64,000 bases of DNA, from positions 3,734 through 67,733 of the forward strand of contig CADATO010000007.1 in assembly GCA_902790905.1 (NCBI GenBank), read 5' to 3'. Position numbers and translations under genes: made by a program. The stretch comes from an uncultured Eubacteriales bacterium. GTDB taxonomy: Bacteria; Bacillota; Clostridia; Peptostreptococcales; Anaerovoracaceae. The notes under the pieces are model-generated. The model did no database searches and was not told where the DNA came from. It worked only from the letters and a program-made list of their open reading frames with translations. How positions within the stretch are numbered: the first letter of the stretch is position 1; each line of letters opens with the position of its first letter. Positions 50,988-60,589 of the stretch are shown here, in pieces.

Positions 50988-52976
50988 TTACGCCCTAAAC
51001 AGGTACGCGGCTTCGAATCCTTCGCGGATAGCTGTTGCGATCCGGCCGCCCTGCCGCGCGTCGCCGACAGTGCAGACATTGTCGAAGGCGTCTTTGAACG
51101 CGTTCACGAGTTCCGTGCGCGGGGTGACGCCCATCGCCAGGATGACGGCGTCAGCGCTGAGGTCGCGGGTTTCGCCGGTGGTCGTATCTTCTACGGTGAC
51201 ATAGCCCGGCTCATTCTCGGCCGGCATCCTGACTGCCGTCAGTTTGTGGCCGGGGAAGAGACCGGGGTCATACGGGGTGATGCGGCTCATTTCGTCGTTC
51301 AGGATCGCCGGGAAGACGCCGGGGCCGAGGGCAGGCAGCATCTCGACGATGTCCAGCTTGCGGCCGTTGCCGAGGAGGAACTCCGCTGTCTCAAGGCCGG
51401 TCAGGCCGGAGCCGATGACGACCGCTTTCTGTCCCTCGCGGATGACCGCTTTGCCGGTGATGACATCTTCGGCAGTCACGGCAAAGCCACTTTCCATACC
51501 TTCCGCCAGCCCTTCGATTGGCGGAATCAGCGGCGCGGCGCCGCAGGCGACGATGACACCGGCCGCATCCGGCAGTGCCGTTTTGACGGTTTCGGGGGTC
51601 GCTTCGGTCTCAAAACGGACCTCCACGCCGAGCGCTGCGAGCTGCGAGCCCATGGAGGCTGCCATCTTCGTGATCTTATCTTTAAGCGGCGGCTTGTCCG
51701 CGATGTTGAGCGTGCCGCCAAGGGTGTCGCTCTTTTCAAAAATGACGGGTTTGAATCCGCGCTCCGCCAGCGTGATGGCGGCCTGCATGCCGGCAGGACC
51801 GCCGCCGATCACAGCGACGGGCGCGCCTTTGCTGCTTCTGTGCAGGGCGGGGAAGTCGATCTCGCGGGCTGTGCGCGGATTGACGGCGCAGCGGATCGGC
51901 AGGCCACCGCCGAGCACGCGTTCTCTGCAGTAGAGGCAGCCGATGCACTTGCGGATGAGTTCCGGTGTGCCGGCTTTGGCTTTATTCATGAACTCCGGAT
52001 CGGCGAGCTGCGAGCGGCCGAGGCCGACAAAGTCGCAGACGCCTTCTTCGAGGAGCGATTCCGCGAAATCAGGATCCTTGATCGTGTTGGTCGCGATGAC
52101 CGGGATGGACAGCGCTTCTTTGTACGCCTTTGCGACGTGCTTCTTCCAGCCGGGCTGGTAGGAGAACGGTTCGCAGTTGGCGTCGCCGTTGCGGGCGCTG
52201 CCGTTGCTGATGTTGATGGCGTCGATGCCGCAGGATTCCAGATACTTCGCGATCTCGATGCCTTCCTCCAGGCTGAGGAACCCTTCGACCGGGGTCATCT
52301 CGTCGCCGCACATGCGCACGAGGATGGGGAACTTCGGGCCGAGTTCTTTCCGGATGCCCGCAATGATCTCCGCGATGAAGCGGCAGCGGTTTTCGACGCT
52401 TCCGCCGTATTCGTCCGTGCGGCGGTTGTAGTATTTGCTGAAGAACTGCGCGATGAGGTACCCGTGCGCCCCGTGGAGTTCGACCGCATCGTAGCCCGCC
52501 TTCTTGCAGCGGACCGCAGCAGCGATGAACTTGTCTTCAATGCGCTTGATGTCCTCGAGAGTCATCTCCTTCGGAACGGGGCGGCCGTCCGCGATGGGCA
52601 CTGCGCTCGGGGCAAGGTTGTCTCTGCCCGTGAATGCAGGATTGGAAGTTGCACCGCCGTGGTGGATCTGCGCCACGATGCGGCAGTCGTACATGTGGAC
52701 GGCGTCGGTCAGCTCCTCCAGTGCGGAGATGTGGTAGTCCCTCGCGGCGCGCAGGTTGTGGATCGAAGGAATGCTGTCGATGTCGTCAACACCGGTGTAT
52801 TCGTTGATGATCATCCCGATGCCGCCTTTGGCGCGCTCCTGGTAGTAACGGATCTGCCGCGGGGTGGGCAGACCGTCCTTGTCGGCCATGTCGGTCGCCA
52901 TGGGCATCATGACGCCGCGGTTTTTGATCGTCATCGAGCCGATCCTGCCTTCTTCAAACAGTTTTTCGTAAGCCAT
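50988..52976 (-). CDS. Enoate-reductase / 2,4-dienoyl-CoA-reductase-like flavoenzyme (OYE-type FMN domain, Fe-S motif, FAD/NAD(P) domain)
   Basis: Starts MAYEKLFEEG with AAGGAG upstream. It has a TIM-barrel OYE region, the CIGCLYCRE cysteine cluster, and VAVIGGGPAGMQAA and AVVIGSGLTGLE dinucleotide folds. Confidence 0.8.
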   Translation of the reverse strand: MAYEKLFEEGRIGSMTIKNRGVMMPMATDMADKDGLPTPRQIRYYQERAKGGIGMIINEYTGVDDIDSIPSIHNLRAARDYHISALEELTDAVHMYDCRIVAQIHHGGATSNPAFTGRDNLAPSAVPIADGRPVPKEMTLEDIKRIEDKFIAAAVRCKKAGYDAVELHGAHGYLIAQFFSKYYNRRTDEYGGSVENRCRFIAEIIAGIRKELGPKFPILVRMCGDEMTPVEGFLSLEEGIEIAKYLESCGIDAINISNGSARNGDANCEPFSYQPGWKKHVAKAYKEALSIPVIATNTIKDPDFAESLLEEGVCDFVGLGRSQLADPEFMNKAKAGTPELIRKCIGCLYCRERVLGGGLPIRCAVNPRTAREIDFPALHRSSKGAPVAVIGGGPAGMQAAITLAERGFKPVIFEKSDTLGGTLNIADKPPLKDKITKMAASMGSQLAALGVEVRFETEATPETVKTALPDAAGVIVACGAAPLIPPIEGLAEGMESGFAVTAEDVITGKAVIREGQKAVVIGSGLTGLETAEFLLGNGRKLDIVEMLPALGPGVFPAILNDEMSRITPYDPGLFPGHKLTAVRMPAENEPGYVTVEDTTTGETRDLSADAVILAMGVTPRTELVNAFKDAFDNVCTVGDARQGGRIATAIREGFEAAYLFRA

Positions 52977-53042
52977 CTTCTTTCTCCTTATCACGTGACG
53001 CTGCACTGGTTATCGCGGTATGCCGCGTTGCCCGCATTCGCG

Positions 53043-54227
53043 CTAGCAGTTGCCGCGCAGGATGCTGTTGTCGATGCTCTTCAGCACTTCCGGGTCGATC
53101 GTCTTCAGGCCTTCGATGAGCGCATCGATGTCTTCTTTTGTATTGAACACGCCCGGGCTGATCCGGATCGTGCCGTCATACTTTTTATTATCGAGATGCC
53201 GGTGGATGAGCCCGGCGCAGTGGTGTCCGGCCCGCACGGCGATGTCGCACTGATGATCGAGGATCGCCGCCACCTCGTTGGCGCGGAAACCCTCCTTATT
53301 GATGCTGATCACACCCGCCTGCATGGCACCCGGCGGGGCTTTGTAGATGGTGATGCCGTCGACTTCCGCAAGCCGTTCCAGCAGATAGTCGACCAGTGCG
53401 GACTCAATCTGCCAGGGGTCGACCGTCTTCAGCCATTCCAGCGATGCCGCGAGTCCGCAGATGGCGACGCTGTCCATGCTGGCGCACTCGAGTTTTTCGG
53501 GCATGTGGCGCGGCATCTCCGGATCCTCCGACTTGATGCCGTTGCCGCCGGCGAGGACAGGCTCGAGATCGACACCGTTTTTGATATACAGGCCGGCGAT
53601 GCCGAACGGTCCGTAGACGGTTTTGTGGCCGGCGAAGGTGATGCAGTCCGCCTTGAGCTGCGAGAATCGCATCCGCACCAGCCCCAGCGCCTGTGAGGCG
53701 TCGAGCAGCGTGAACGCACCGTACGCTTTGGCGCACAGAAAGATCTCCCGCGCGGGGAGGACGTAGCCGGTCACATTGCTGACCGCGGAGACGGCGACAA
53801 AGTCCGGCGGGGTCTGCCGGAAGAGCGATTCCGTGGCATTGAGATCGATCGACAGATTGTCCGCGAGCGGCAGTTCCAGCACCTTGATGCCGTACTTTTT
53901 CTTCATAAGATGCAGCGGCCGCAGCACTGCATTGTGCTCGTACGGGGACACGTAGGCGACCATGCCTTCTTTCCACGGCTGCCCCTGGATCACCTGATTG
54001 AGCGCGATGGTGACAGACGGCGTCAGGGCGACTTCCGCCTGGCCTCTTGCATCGATCAGGCTCAGCAACGCGGTCTTGACATCCTTGACCATGGCCGTTG
54101 CTTCACGGGCCGCTTTGTAGGCGCCGCGTCCCGCATTGACCGCCGCGGTCCGCGCAAAATGATCCATCGCTTCGTAAACGCATTCCGGTTTCGGGAATGT
54201 TGTGGCACCATTATCCAGGTAAATCAA
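53043..54227 (-). CDS. Class V aminotransferase-fold PLP enzyme (cysteine desulfurase / selenocysteine lyase-like), TTG start
   Basis: 394 aa. MIYLDNGATTFPKP N-terminus and FAGHKTVYGPFG PLP-lysine motif. Confidence 0.8.
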   Translation of the reverse strand: MIYLDNGATTFPKPECVYEAMDHFARTAAVNAGRGAYKAAREATAMVKDVKTALLSLIDARGQAEVALTPSVTIALNQVIQGQPWKEGMVAYVSPYEHNAVLRPLHLMKKKYGIKVLELPLADNLSIDLNATESLFRQTPPDFVAVSAVSNVTGYVLPAREIFLCAKAYGAFTLLDASQALGLVRMRFSQLKADCITFAGHKTVYGPFGIAGLYIKNGVDLEPVLAGGNGIKSEDPEMPRHMPEKLECASMDSVAICGLAASLEWLKTVDPWQIESALVDYLLERLAEVDGITIYKAPPGAMQAGVISINKEGFRANEVAAILDHQCDIAVRAGHHCAGLIHRHLDNKKYDGTIRISPGVFNTKEDIDALIEGLKTIDPEVLKSIDNSILRGNC

Positions 54228-54403
54228 AGCAAACTCCTGTCTTTCCTGCGGTTAAGTATGCATTTATGGAATAGTTTACATCATTATAGCACAGTGCGCG
54301 GAAGGTGGCGCAGGCAGCGGGTTGCGTTTCGCGCGAAAAACAATATAGTTAAGGATAAGAAAACAAAACCACAGCCTTGCGGCGGACGGCAAGAGAGGAA
54401 CGC

Positions 54404-54691
54404 ATGAACGCACACAGCGAAAAGGTATACAACGTCATGGTCTATCTGGGATATCCGGAGGACTTCGCAACGCTGATCGCCCGGGAGATGTCGACGGAAT
54501 ACACGGCGGGGCGCATCATCGCGTACTTCGGCAGGGCGGGCAGACCGCCGCTCGAGGAGGTGGCCGATGAGATGCTCGCGATCCAGGCTGACCGGGACAA
54601 GTTTGTGGACAAGCATATCAACCAGTATGCGCAGGAAGTCATCAACCGCATGTACGCGGAGCGGCGCATGGAAGAAGATGACGACGAATGA
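54404..54691 (+). CDS. Small hypothetical protein with an acidic C-terminus
   Basis: 95 aa from the ATG preceded by AGAGAGGA. I recognise no family. Confidence 0.5.
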   Translation: MNAHSEKVYNVMVYLGYPEDFATLIAREMSTEYTAGRIIAYFGRAGRPPLEEVADEMLAIQADRDKFVDKHINQYAQEVINRMYAERRMEEDDDE

Positions 54692-54755
54692 TAAGGCAGT
54701 CTGTCTGACCGCCGCGGAATCGCTCTTTGCTGTCATGCGGAGGGCGTTTTTTTAT

Positions 54756-54784
54756 TTGACAGTGCCCGCGTGCAGCGGTAGAAT
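54756..54784 (+). promoter_or_regulatory. SigA-type promoter candidate for radA
   Basis: TTGACA (54756-54761), 17-nt spacer, TAGAAT (54779-54784). Confidence 0.5.
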
Positions 54785-54877
54785 AAAAACGAACATAAGT
54801 TCTTTTTTGAAGCAACGGAACGGGCGCAGATCAACAGCGCGCATATGGAACGGCAGCACGGCTGCCCGGGTGAGAGA

Positions 54878-56284
54878 ATGGCGAAGAAAGCAAAGGTTGT
54901 ATATGTCTGCAATGAATGCGGATTTGAAAGTCCCAAGTGGATGGGGCAGTGCATCTGCGGCGCCTGGAACTCGATGTTCGAGCAGAAGGTGACAGAGGAT
55001 GCGGTGGATGACAAACGCCGGCGCGGCGGTGCGGCGAGCGGGGCGGCAGGCGGAAAGCGTGCCAGGGCCATCCCGCTGAAGTCCGTGGATGCGGCGCCGC
55101 ACAAGGACCGGATCGATACCGGCATCGCGGAGTTCAACAGGGTGCTCGGCGGCGGGCTCGTGCCCGGCTCGCTGACGCTGATCTCCGGTGAACCGGGCAT
55201 TGGCAAGTCGACGCTGATCATGCAGGCGGCGGCGAATTTTGCCGCGCGGATCGGCAAGGTGCTGTACGTCTCCGGTGAGGAGTCGGAGGAGCAGATCAAG
55301 ATGCGCGCAGACCGCATCTGCGGCGAGATGAACGACGATCTGCTCGTATTGGCCGAGACGTCGCTCGACCAGGTCGAGGCGGTCGTCGAAGAGGAGGCCC
55401 CCGGCTTTATCATCATCGACTCGATCCAGACCATGTTCATGGCGGATATCGATGCGGCGCCCGGGAGCATCTCACAGGTGCGCGCCTGCGGCAACGCGCT
55501 GATGCGCATCGGCAAGTCCCACAACATCCCGGTATTCATCGTCGCGCACGTCACCAAGAGCGGTGATCTGGCCGGGCCGAAGATCGTGGAGCACCTCGTG
55601 GACTGCGTGCTCAGCATCACGGGCGAACGCAATGCGGAGCTCAGGATCCTCCGGTCGTATAAGAACAGATTCGGCACGACGAGCGAGATCGGCGCTTTTG
55701 AGATGGCGGAGAACGGACTCATCGAGATCGCGGATCTGTCAAAGCGGTTCCTGCAGGGCGCGGACGAGCGCGCGGAAGGGGCAATGATCGGTGCCGCGTA
55801 TGAAGGTACGCGCCCGTTGCTCTTCGAAGTGCAGGCGCTGGCGGCGACGACCAACATGAACTATCCCCGCAGGACCTCGATTGGCTTTGACTACGGGCGT
55901 CTCAATATGATCCTGGCGGTGCTGGAGCGCCGCGTCGGACTCCGTCTGTCGGATCAGGATGTCTACGTGAATGTCGTCGGCGGGCTGCATCCGGACGGCA
56001 CCAGCACGGACCTGTCGGTCGCGATGGCGGTGTGGTCGTCTGTAAAGGGCATCGTCTGGGACAAAGATATGATGGCCATCGGCGAGATCGGCCTGACCGG
56101 CGATCTGCGGCCGGTGCAGAATGCGGAGAAGATCGTCCGCGAGGCGGTCCGCATGGGCTTCCGGCAGATCCTGCTGCCGGCGTCGCAGGCGGATACGATC
56201 CGCGAGGCGCTGCAGGGAAAAGGCGCGGGGCCGGATGTGAAGATCACAGGCGTCCGCAGACTGACGGATATCCTTCATAGATAA
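54878..56284 (+). CDS. radA: DNA repair protein RadA/Sms
   Basis: N-terminal zinc finger (YVCNECGFESPKWMGQCICGAWNS), Walker A GEPGIGKST, KNRFG motif and a Lon-like C-domain. Confidence 0.92.
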   Translation: MAKKAKVVYVCNECGFESPKWMGQCICGAWNSMFEQKVTEDAVDDKRRRGGAASGAAGGKRARAIPLKSVDAAPHKDRIDTGIAEFNRVLGGGLVPGSLTLISGEPGIGKSTLIMQAAANFAARIGKVLYVSGEESEEQIKMRADRICGEMNDDLLVLAETSLDQVEAVVEEEAPGFIIIDSIQTMFMADIDAAPGSISQVRACGNALMRIGKSHNIPVFIVAHVTKSGDLAGPKIVEHLVDCVLSITGERNAELRILRSYKNRFGTTSEIGAFEMAENGLIEIADLSKRFLQGADERAEGAMIGAAYEGTRPLLFEVQALAATTNMNYPRRTSIGFDYGRLNMILAVLERRVGLRLSDQDVYVNVVGGLHPDGTSTDLSVAMAVWSSVKGIVWDKDMMAIGEIGLTGDLRPVQNAEKIVREAVRMGFRQILLPASQADTIREALQGKGAGPDVKITGVRRLTDILHR

Positions 56285-56326
56285 AGTGCGGGCATGTGCG
56301 CCTGCACCCACGATCGGCAGTATGCT

Positions 56327-56352
56327 AAAAGAGAGGCGTTCGCCTCTCTTTT
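56327..56352. terminator. Bidirectional terminator between radA and the histidine kinase gene
   Basis: aaaagagaggc / gcctctctttt perfect stem with a 4-nt loop. Confidence 0.8.
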
Positions 56353-56380
56353 CATTATCCGTATATTCAGCCGTGGCGGC

Positions 56381-57898
56381 TTATCCGCGCTTGTGGATGC
56401 GCCGCTTGCGGTCATCCGGGTGGATGTTGATGGGCCGCGTGTCGCGGGGGACTTTCCCGACGACCGGCTCCGGTTCTTCCGCCAGCGGCAGCTCGAACCA
56501 GAACGTCGTGCCTTTGCCGACCTTGCTCTCTGCGCCAAAGCGCGCCTTGTGGAGCGTCAGGATCTCGCTGACGATCGACAGGCCGAGCCCGGAGCCCTTG
56601 GTGGCCCGGACGTGGTTGGTGCTGGACTTGTAGTAGCGCTCCCAGATATGGGCCAGTTCGTCCGGTTTGATGCCTGCACCGTGGTCGACGACCTCGAAGT
56701 GAATCTTGTTATTCCAGCGGCGGATGTTGAGCAGGATCTGCTTGTCCGCGCCGCAGTATTTGATGGCATTGGTCAGGAAATTGGAGATGACCTGTTTGAT
56801 CTTATCCTCATCGCCGACCACCATATAGTTTTCTTTGCATTCGATGCGGATATCATACCCGTTCGCTTCGAGCAGCCGGTACGGGTTGGCGATGGATTCG
56901 GTCGCTGCCAGAATATCGAAGGGAGCGATGTTCAGCTCCATCGTGCCGGCCTGCATCTGCGAGAGGACCATCATGTCGTTGACAAGGGTATTCAGCCGGT
57001 TGGCTTCGTCGATGATGACCTGGACGTGCGCGTTGCGCTTCTCCGGTTTGTCGCCGGAGATGTCGCGGATCATCTCCGCATAGGAGCGGATCATGGTCAG
57101 CGGGGTGCGCAGGTCATGCGAAACGTTCGCGAGCAGGTCCTTCTGCAGCGCTTCCGCCTTGCTCAGCTCGTAGGATGTCTGATTGAGCGTTTCCGAAAGT
57201 TCCCGGATCTCCGAGAAACCCTTCTGATCCACTTCGAAAACCGTCCCGTATTCGCCCTCCGCCATCTTTTTGGCGGTCGCGGTGATCCGTCTGATCGGCC
57301 GTGTCATGCGGGCGGTCAGCCAGTAGGCCAGCAGGATCGCCAGCCCGAGCGCGATCGCGAAGATGTACAGGAACTGGTTCTGCAGGATCGCAACGGTGGA
57401 CCGGATCGGATACAGCGGGGTGATGACATACAGCGTTGTGTAGTTGTTATCGTCCAGATACGTCGCAAACACATAGGTGCGCTTCTGGTTGAGTTCGTTG
57501 ACTTCTGTAAAGGTGTAGGAGTCTTTCCCGTTGCCGGCGGCGGTCTTCAGTCCGTTTCGCGCATCGGCGATCTCATTGCCGTAAGCCAGCGTCTCGATGG
57601 AGGGGTAGAGCATCTTGTCTCCCGCGTCGAGACGGACATAGACGTCGTTGTCTTCCGTAATCTGGTTGGCGAGCGTGGTGAACCCGTCCCTGTTGTCCGC
57701 CTGGTACAGCTGCACGAGCTGGTTGGCGGATTCCTGTGTGCGCCGGATCTTCATCTCCTCGTAATAATTGTTGAGGAAGAAGATCTGCAGGAACCAGATG
57801 AGTATCAGAAGAATGGCTGTAAATCCGAGGAAATACATCCATACCCGAAACCGTATGCTTCTGAAATCAAAGCCGCTATTCTTCAAATTTGTATCCAA
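56381..57898 (-). CDS. Sensor histidine kinase (two TM segments, HAMP, HisKA, HATPase_c)
   Basis: 505 aa. H-box LLANVSHDLRTPLT, N-box and the G-boxes DHGAGI and GSGLGLSIV. Confidence 0.88.
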   Translation of the reverse strand: MDTNLKNSGFDFRSIRFRVWMYFLGFTAILLILIWFLQIFFLNNYYEEMKIRRTQESANQLVQLYQADNRDGFTTLANQITEDNDVYVRLDAGDKMLYPSIETLAYGNEIADARNGLKTAAGNGKDSYTFTEVNELNQKRTYVFATYLDDNNYTTLYVITPLYPIRSTVAILQNQFLYIFAIALGLAILLAYWLTARMTRPIRRITATAKKMAEGEYGTVFEVDQKGFSEIRELSETLNQTSYELSKAEALQKDLLANVSHDLRTPLTMIRSYAEMIRDISGDKPEKRNAHVQVIIDEANRLNTLVNDMMVLSQMQAGTMELNIAPFDILAATESIANPYRLLEANGYDIRIECKENYMVVGDEDKIKQVISNFLTNAIKYCGADKQILLNIRRWNNKIHFEVVDHGAGIKPDELAHIWERYYKSSTNHVRATKGSGLGLSIVSEILTLHKARFGAESKVGKGTTFWFELPLAEEPEPVVGKVPRDTRPINIHPDDRKRRIHKRG

Positions 57899-58553
57899 CT
57901 CCCCGTACTGTCACGATGTGGTCCCGGTAGGGGCCGAGGTTGTTGCGCAGATTCTTGATATGCGTGTCGATGGTGCGGTCTTCTCCGAAGAAGTCGTACC
58001 CCCAGATGTCCTGCAGCAGCGTGTCGCGCGACAGGGCCAGGTTTTTATTCTCGACCAGGTAGAACAGCAGATCGTATTCTTTCGGCGTCATCTCGACCTT
58101 CACCCCGTCCACTTCGACGGTGCGCGCCGGGATATTGATCTTGAGCCCGCCGAAGGCGATCTCGTCTGTCGGTCCCTGTGTCTGCGCCTGTGCGTTGTGG
58201 CGGGTGACGACCGCGTTGATGCGCGCCATCAGTTCCTTCGGGCTGAAGGGTTTGGTCACATAGTCGTCGATGCCCAGCTCAAAGCCGAACAGCTTGTCGT
58301 ATTCCTCGCTGCGCGCAGAGAGCATGATGACAGGGATGTCTTTTGTTTTCTTTATTTCTTTGCAGGCGGAGAAGCCGTCGAGGCGCGGCATCATGATGTC
58401 CATGACCAGGATATCGTAATCGCTCTCCCGGCACTTGCTGACCGCCTCCATACCGTCGGCTGCTTCATCTACTTCATAATCATTGAATTCGGCGTACTCG
58501 CGGATGACCTCCCGGATCATCGGCTCATCGTCGACCACCAGCAATCTGTACAT
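57876..58553 (-). CDS. OmpR-family response regulator
   Basis: Starts MYRLLVVDDEPMIREV with GGAGG upstream. Receiver domain plus a winged-helix domain (..VRGVGYKFEE). It overlaps the kinase start. Confidence 0.9.
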   Translation of the reverse strand: MYRLLVVDDEPMIREVIREYAEFNDYEVDEAADGMEAVSKCRESDYDILVMDIMMPRLDGFSACKEIKKTKDIPVIMLSARSEEYDKLFGFELGIDDYVTKPFSPKELMARINAVVTRHNAQAQTQGPTDEIAFGGLKINIPARTVEVDGVKVEMTPKEYDLLFYLVENKNLALSRDTLLQDIWGYDFFGEDRTIDTHIKNLRNNLGPYRDHIVTVRGVGYKFEE

Positions 58554-58758
58554 CGGGTACCTCCATTTCCGGTTCTGACCAATATTGTAGCACAGAAGAG
58601 AGGGCATTGTCATGCAACCGCCGATGCGCATCCGCTGCAAATAGAAATAATACCCAATAGTTGTTGGTTTTTTGACAATTTGTTAATATTTTGCATAAAT
58701 GGGATTGACATGCCATTGCAGTAGTGGTACATTATTAAAATTTATTATTGCGACTTTT

Positions 58759-58787
58759 TTGACAACTGTTGATGGGTAGTATATAAT
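58759..58787 (+). promoter_or_regulatory. Consensus SigA promoter for carD
   Basis: TTGACA (58759-58764), 17-nt spacer, TATAAT (58782-58787). Confidence 0.6.
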
Positions 58788-58817
58788 ACACACTAGGGAG
58801 GAATCTGAGGGGGTATT

Positions 58818-59291
58818 ATGTATAGTATAGGCGATAAAATCGTGTACCCGATGCACGGGGCCGGTGTCATTGACAGGATAGAAGAAAAGACGATCCTTGG
58901 GGAAGACCGGCAGTACTATGTGCTGCAGGTTTCTTCTAATGATATGAAAGTGATGATACCGGTGGACAAATGCGAAGAAGTGGGGATTCGCAACATCATC
59001 GAAGAAGAGGAAGTCGACGGGGTGATGAAAGTACTTTCCGGACCGTCCACAGAGATGTCGGACAACTGGAATCGCCGTAACCGCGAAAACATGGAGCATC
59101 TGCGGACCGGAGACATCAAAGAGGTCGCGGGGGTCGTCCGCAATCTGCTGCGGGTGGAAAGAGAAAAGCCCCTGTCGACCGGTGAAAAGAAATTGCTGAC
59201 CAACGCCAGACAGATCCTGACGAGCGAGCTGGTGCTCGTGCTAGGGCGCGCGGAGTCAGATGTGCAGGATATGATCGAACAAGCCGTTTGA
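58818..59291 (+). CDS. carD: CarD/CdnL-family RNA-polymerase-binding transcription regulator
   Basis: 157 aa. MYSIGDKIVYPMHGAGVIDRIEEK..YYVL matches the CarD_TRCF N-domain pattern. Confidence 0.88.
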   Translation: MYSIGDKIVYPMHGAGVIDRIEEKTILGEDRQYYVLQVSSNDMKVMIPVDKCEEVGIRNIIEEEEVDGVMKVLSGPSTEMSDNWNRRNRENMEHLRTGDIKEVAGVVRNLLRVEREKPLSTGEKKLLTNARQILTSELVLVLGRAESDVQDMIEQAV

Positions 59292-59474
59292 CCTGGACAT
59301 AGAAGACCGGAACATAAAAATAGTAGTCTGTGCTGAAGGTGCAGGCTATTTTTTTATGCTGTTTTCACCAATTCTTCAAGAATAAGTGATATGATGGATA
59401 ACACACAATGAAACTGGGGGAGTAGCGACATTTCCCGCATTGTGGAGTATGACACGAAAGGAGGTGAAAGAGAG

Positions 59475-60578
59475 ATGCTGAATAAGATTTTTCGCGGTGT
59501 ACTGACACTGGTCGGCGGCGTGGTCGGCTATGCATTGTTCATGCTGACGCGTTTTCTGGTGGAACGGAGCGGGAGTACCTTTTTTGACGACATGACACAG
59601 GGAAAACTTGCTTTGTGTATGATCGTATACGTCCTTATTTTTGCCTTTATTTTCTTTATGATCGTTCCGCTCATCAACCGGCAGGGTAAGAAAATGGCAA
59701 AGGGCATCGAGAGCGACCTGCAGAACACATCGTCCGGTGAAGTTGTTATGGGGACGGTGGGACTGCTCATCGGTCTGGTGCTCGCCTATCTGCTGTCCAA
59801 TCTGTACGGGCTGATCAGAGTGCCGTATGTACCGGTCATCCTGTCGATCATCACCTATGCGATTCTTGCTTACATAGGTGCGATCATCGGCAAACGGCAG
59901 GGGCTCGCCTTTATCACAAGCCTCAATCTGCCGAGAACGTCAAGACAGGGCGGCGGTGAGCGCAAAGGCAAACAGTCTGCAACGCCGAAGATCCTGGATA
60001 CCAGCGTCATCATCGACGGCCGTATCCTGGACATCATGGAGACCGGTTTTCTGGAAGGTCCGATCGTGATCCCGGAATTCGTACTGGTCGAGCTGCGGCA
60101 CATTTCCGACTCCAGCGATTCGCTGAAGAGAAACCGCGGCAGACGTGGCCTTGATGTACTCAACAAGATCCGCGACGACTACGGCGTGGAGATCTACGAC
60201 ACGAACGGCGACAAGTCCCTCGAGGAGATCCCCGAGGTGGACGTCAAACTGCTCAAGCTGGCGCAGCGCATGGACGGCAAGGTCGTGACCAACGACTACA
60301 ACCTGAACAAGGTCGCCGGGATCAAAGGGGTAGAAGTACTCAACATCAATGAACTGGCGAATGCGCTCAAGCCGGTGGTCCTTCCGGGCGAGAAGATGAA
60401 TCTGTTCCTCGTCAAGGAAGGAAAGAACAGCGGGCAGGCGCTCGCTTATCTGGACGACGGCACCATGATCGTTGTCGAAGAAGGCAGAAAGTACATCGGC
60501 AAGAACGCGGATGTCATCGTGACCAGCGTTCTGCAGACGTCGGCGGGAAGAATGATCTTTGCCAAGCCGGCCCGCTAG
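59475..60578 (+). CDS. PIN/TRAM domain membrane protein (YacL-like)
   Basis: ATG preceded by AAAGGAGGTG. N-terminal TM helices, a PIN domain (KILDTSVIIDGRI..), and a C-terminal TRAM-like beta region. Confidence 0.8.
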   Translation: MLNKIFRGVLTLVGGVVGYALFMLTRFLVERSGSTFFDDMTQGKLALCMIVYVLIFAFIFFMIVPLINRQGKKMAKGIESDLQNTSSGEVVMGTVGLLIGLVLAYLLSNLYGLIRVPYVPVILSIITYAILAYIGAIIGKRQGLAFITSLNLPRTSRQGGGERKGKQSATPKILDTSVIIDGRILDIMETGFLEGPIVIPEFVLVELRHISDSSDSLKRNRGRRGLDVLNKIRDDYGVEIYDTNGDKSLEEIPEVDVKLLKLAQRMDGKVVTNDYNLNKVAGIKGVEVLNINELANALKPVVLPGEKMNLFLVKEGKNSGQALAYLDDGTMIVVEEGRKYIGKNADVIVTSVLQTSAGRMIFAKPAR

Positions 60579-60589
60579 AGAGGCAGAGT

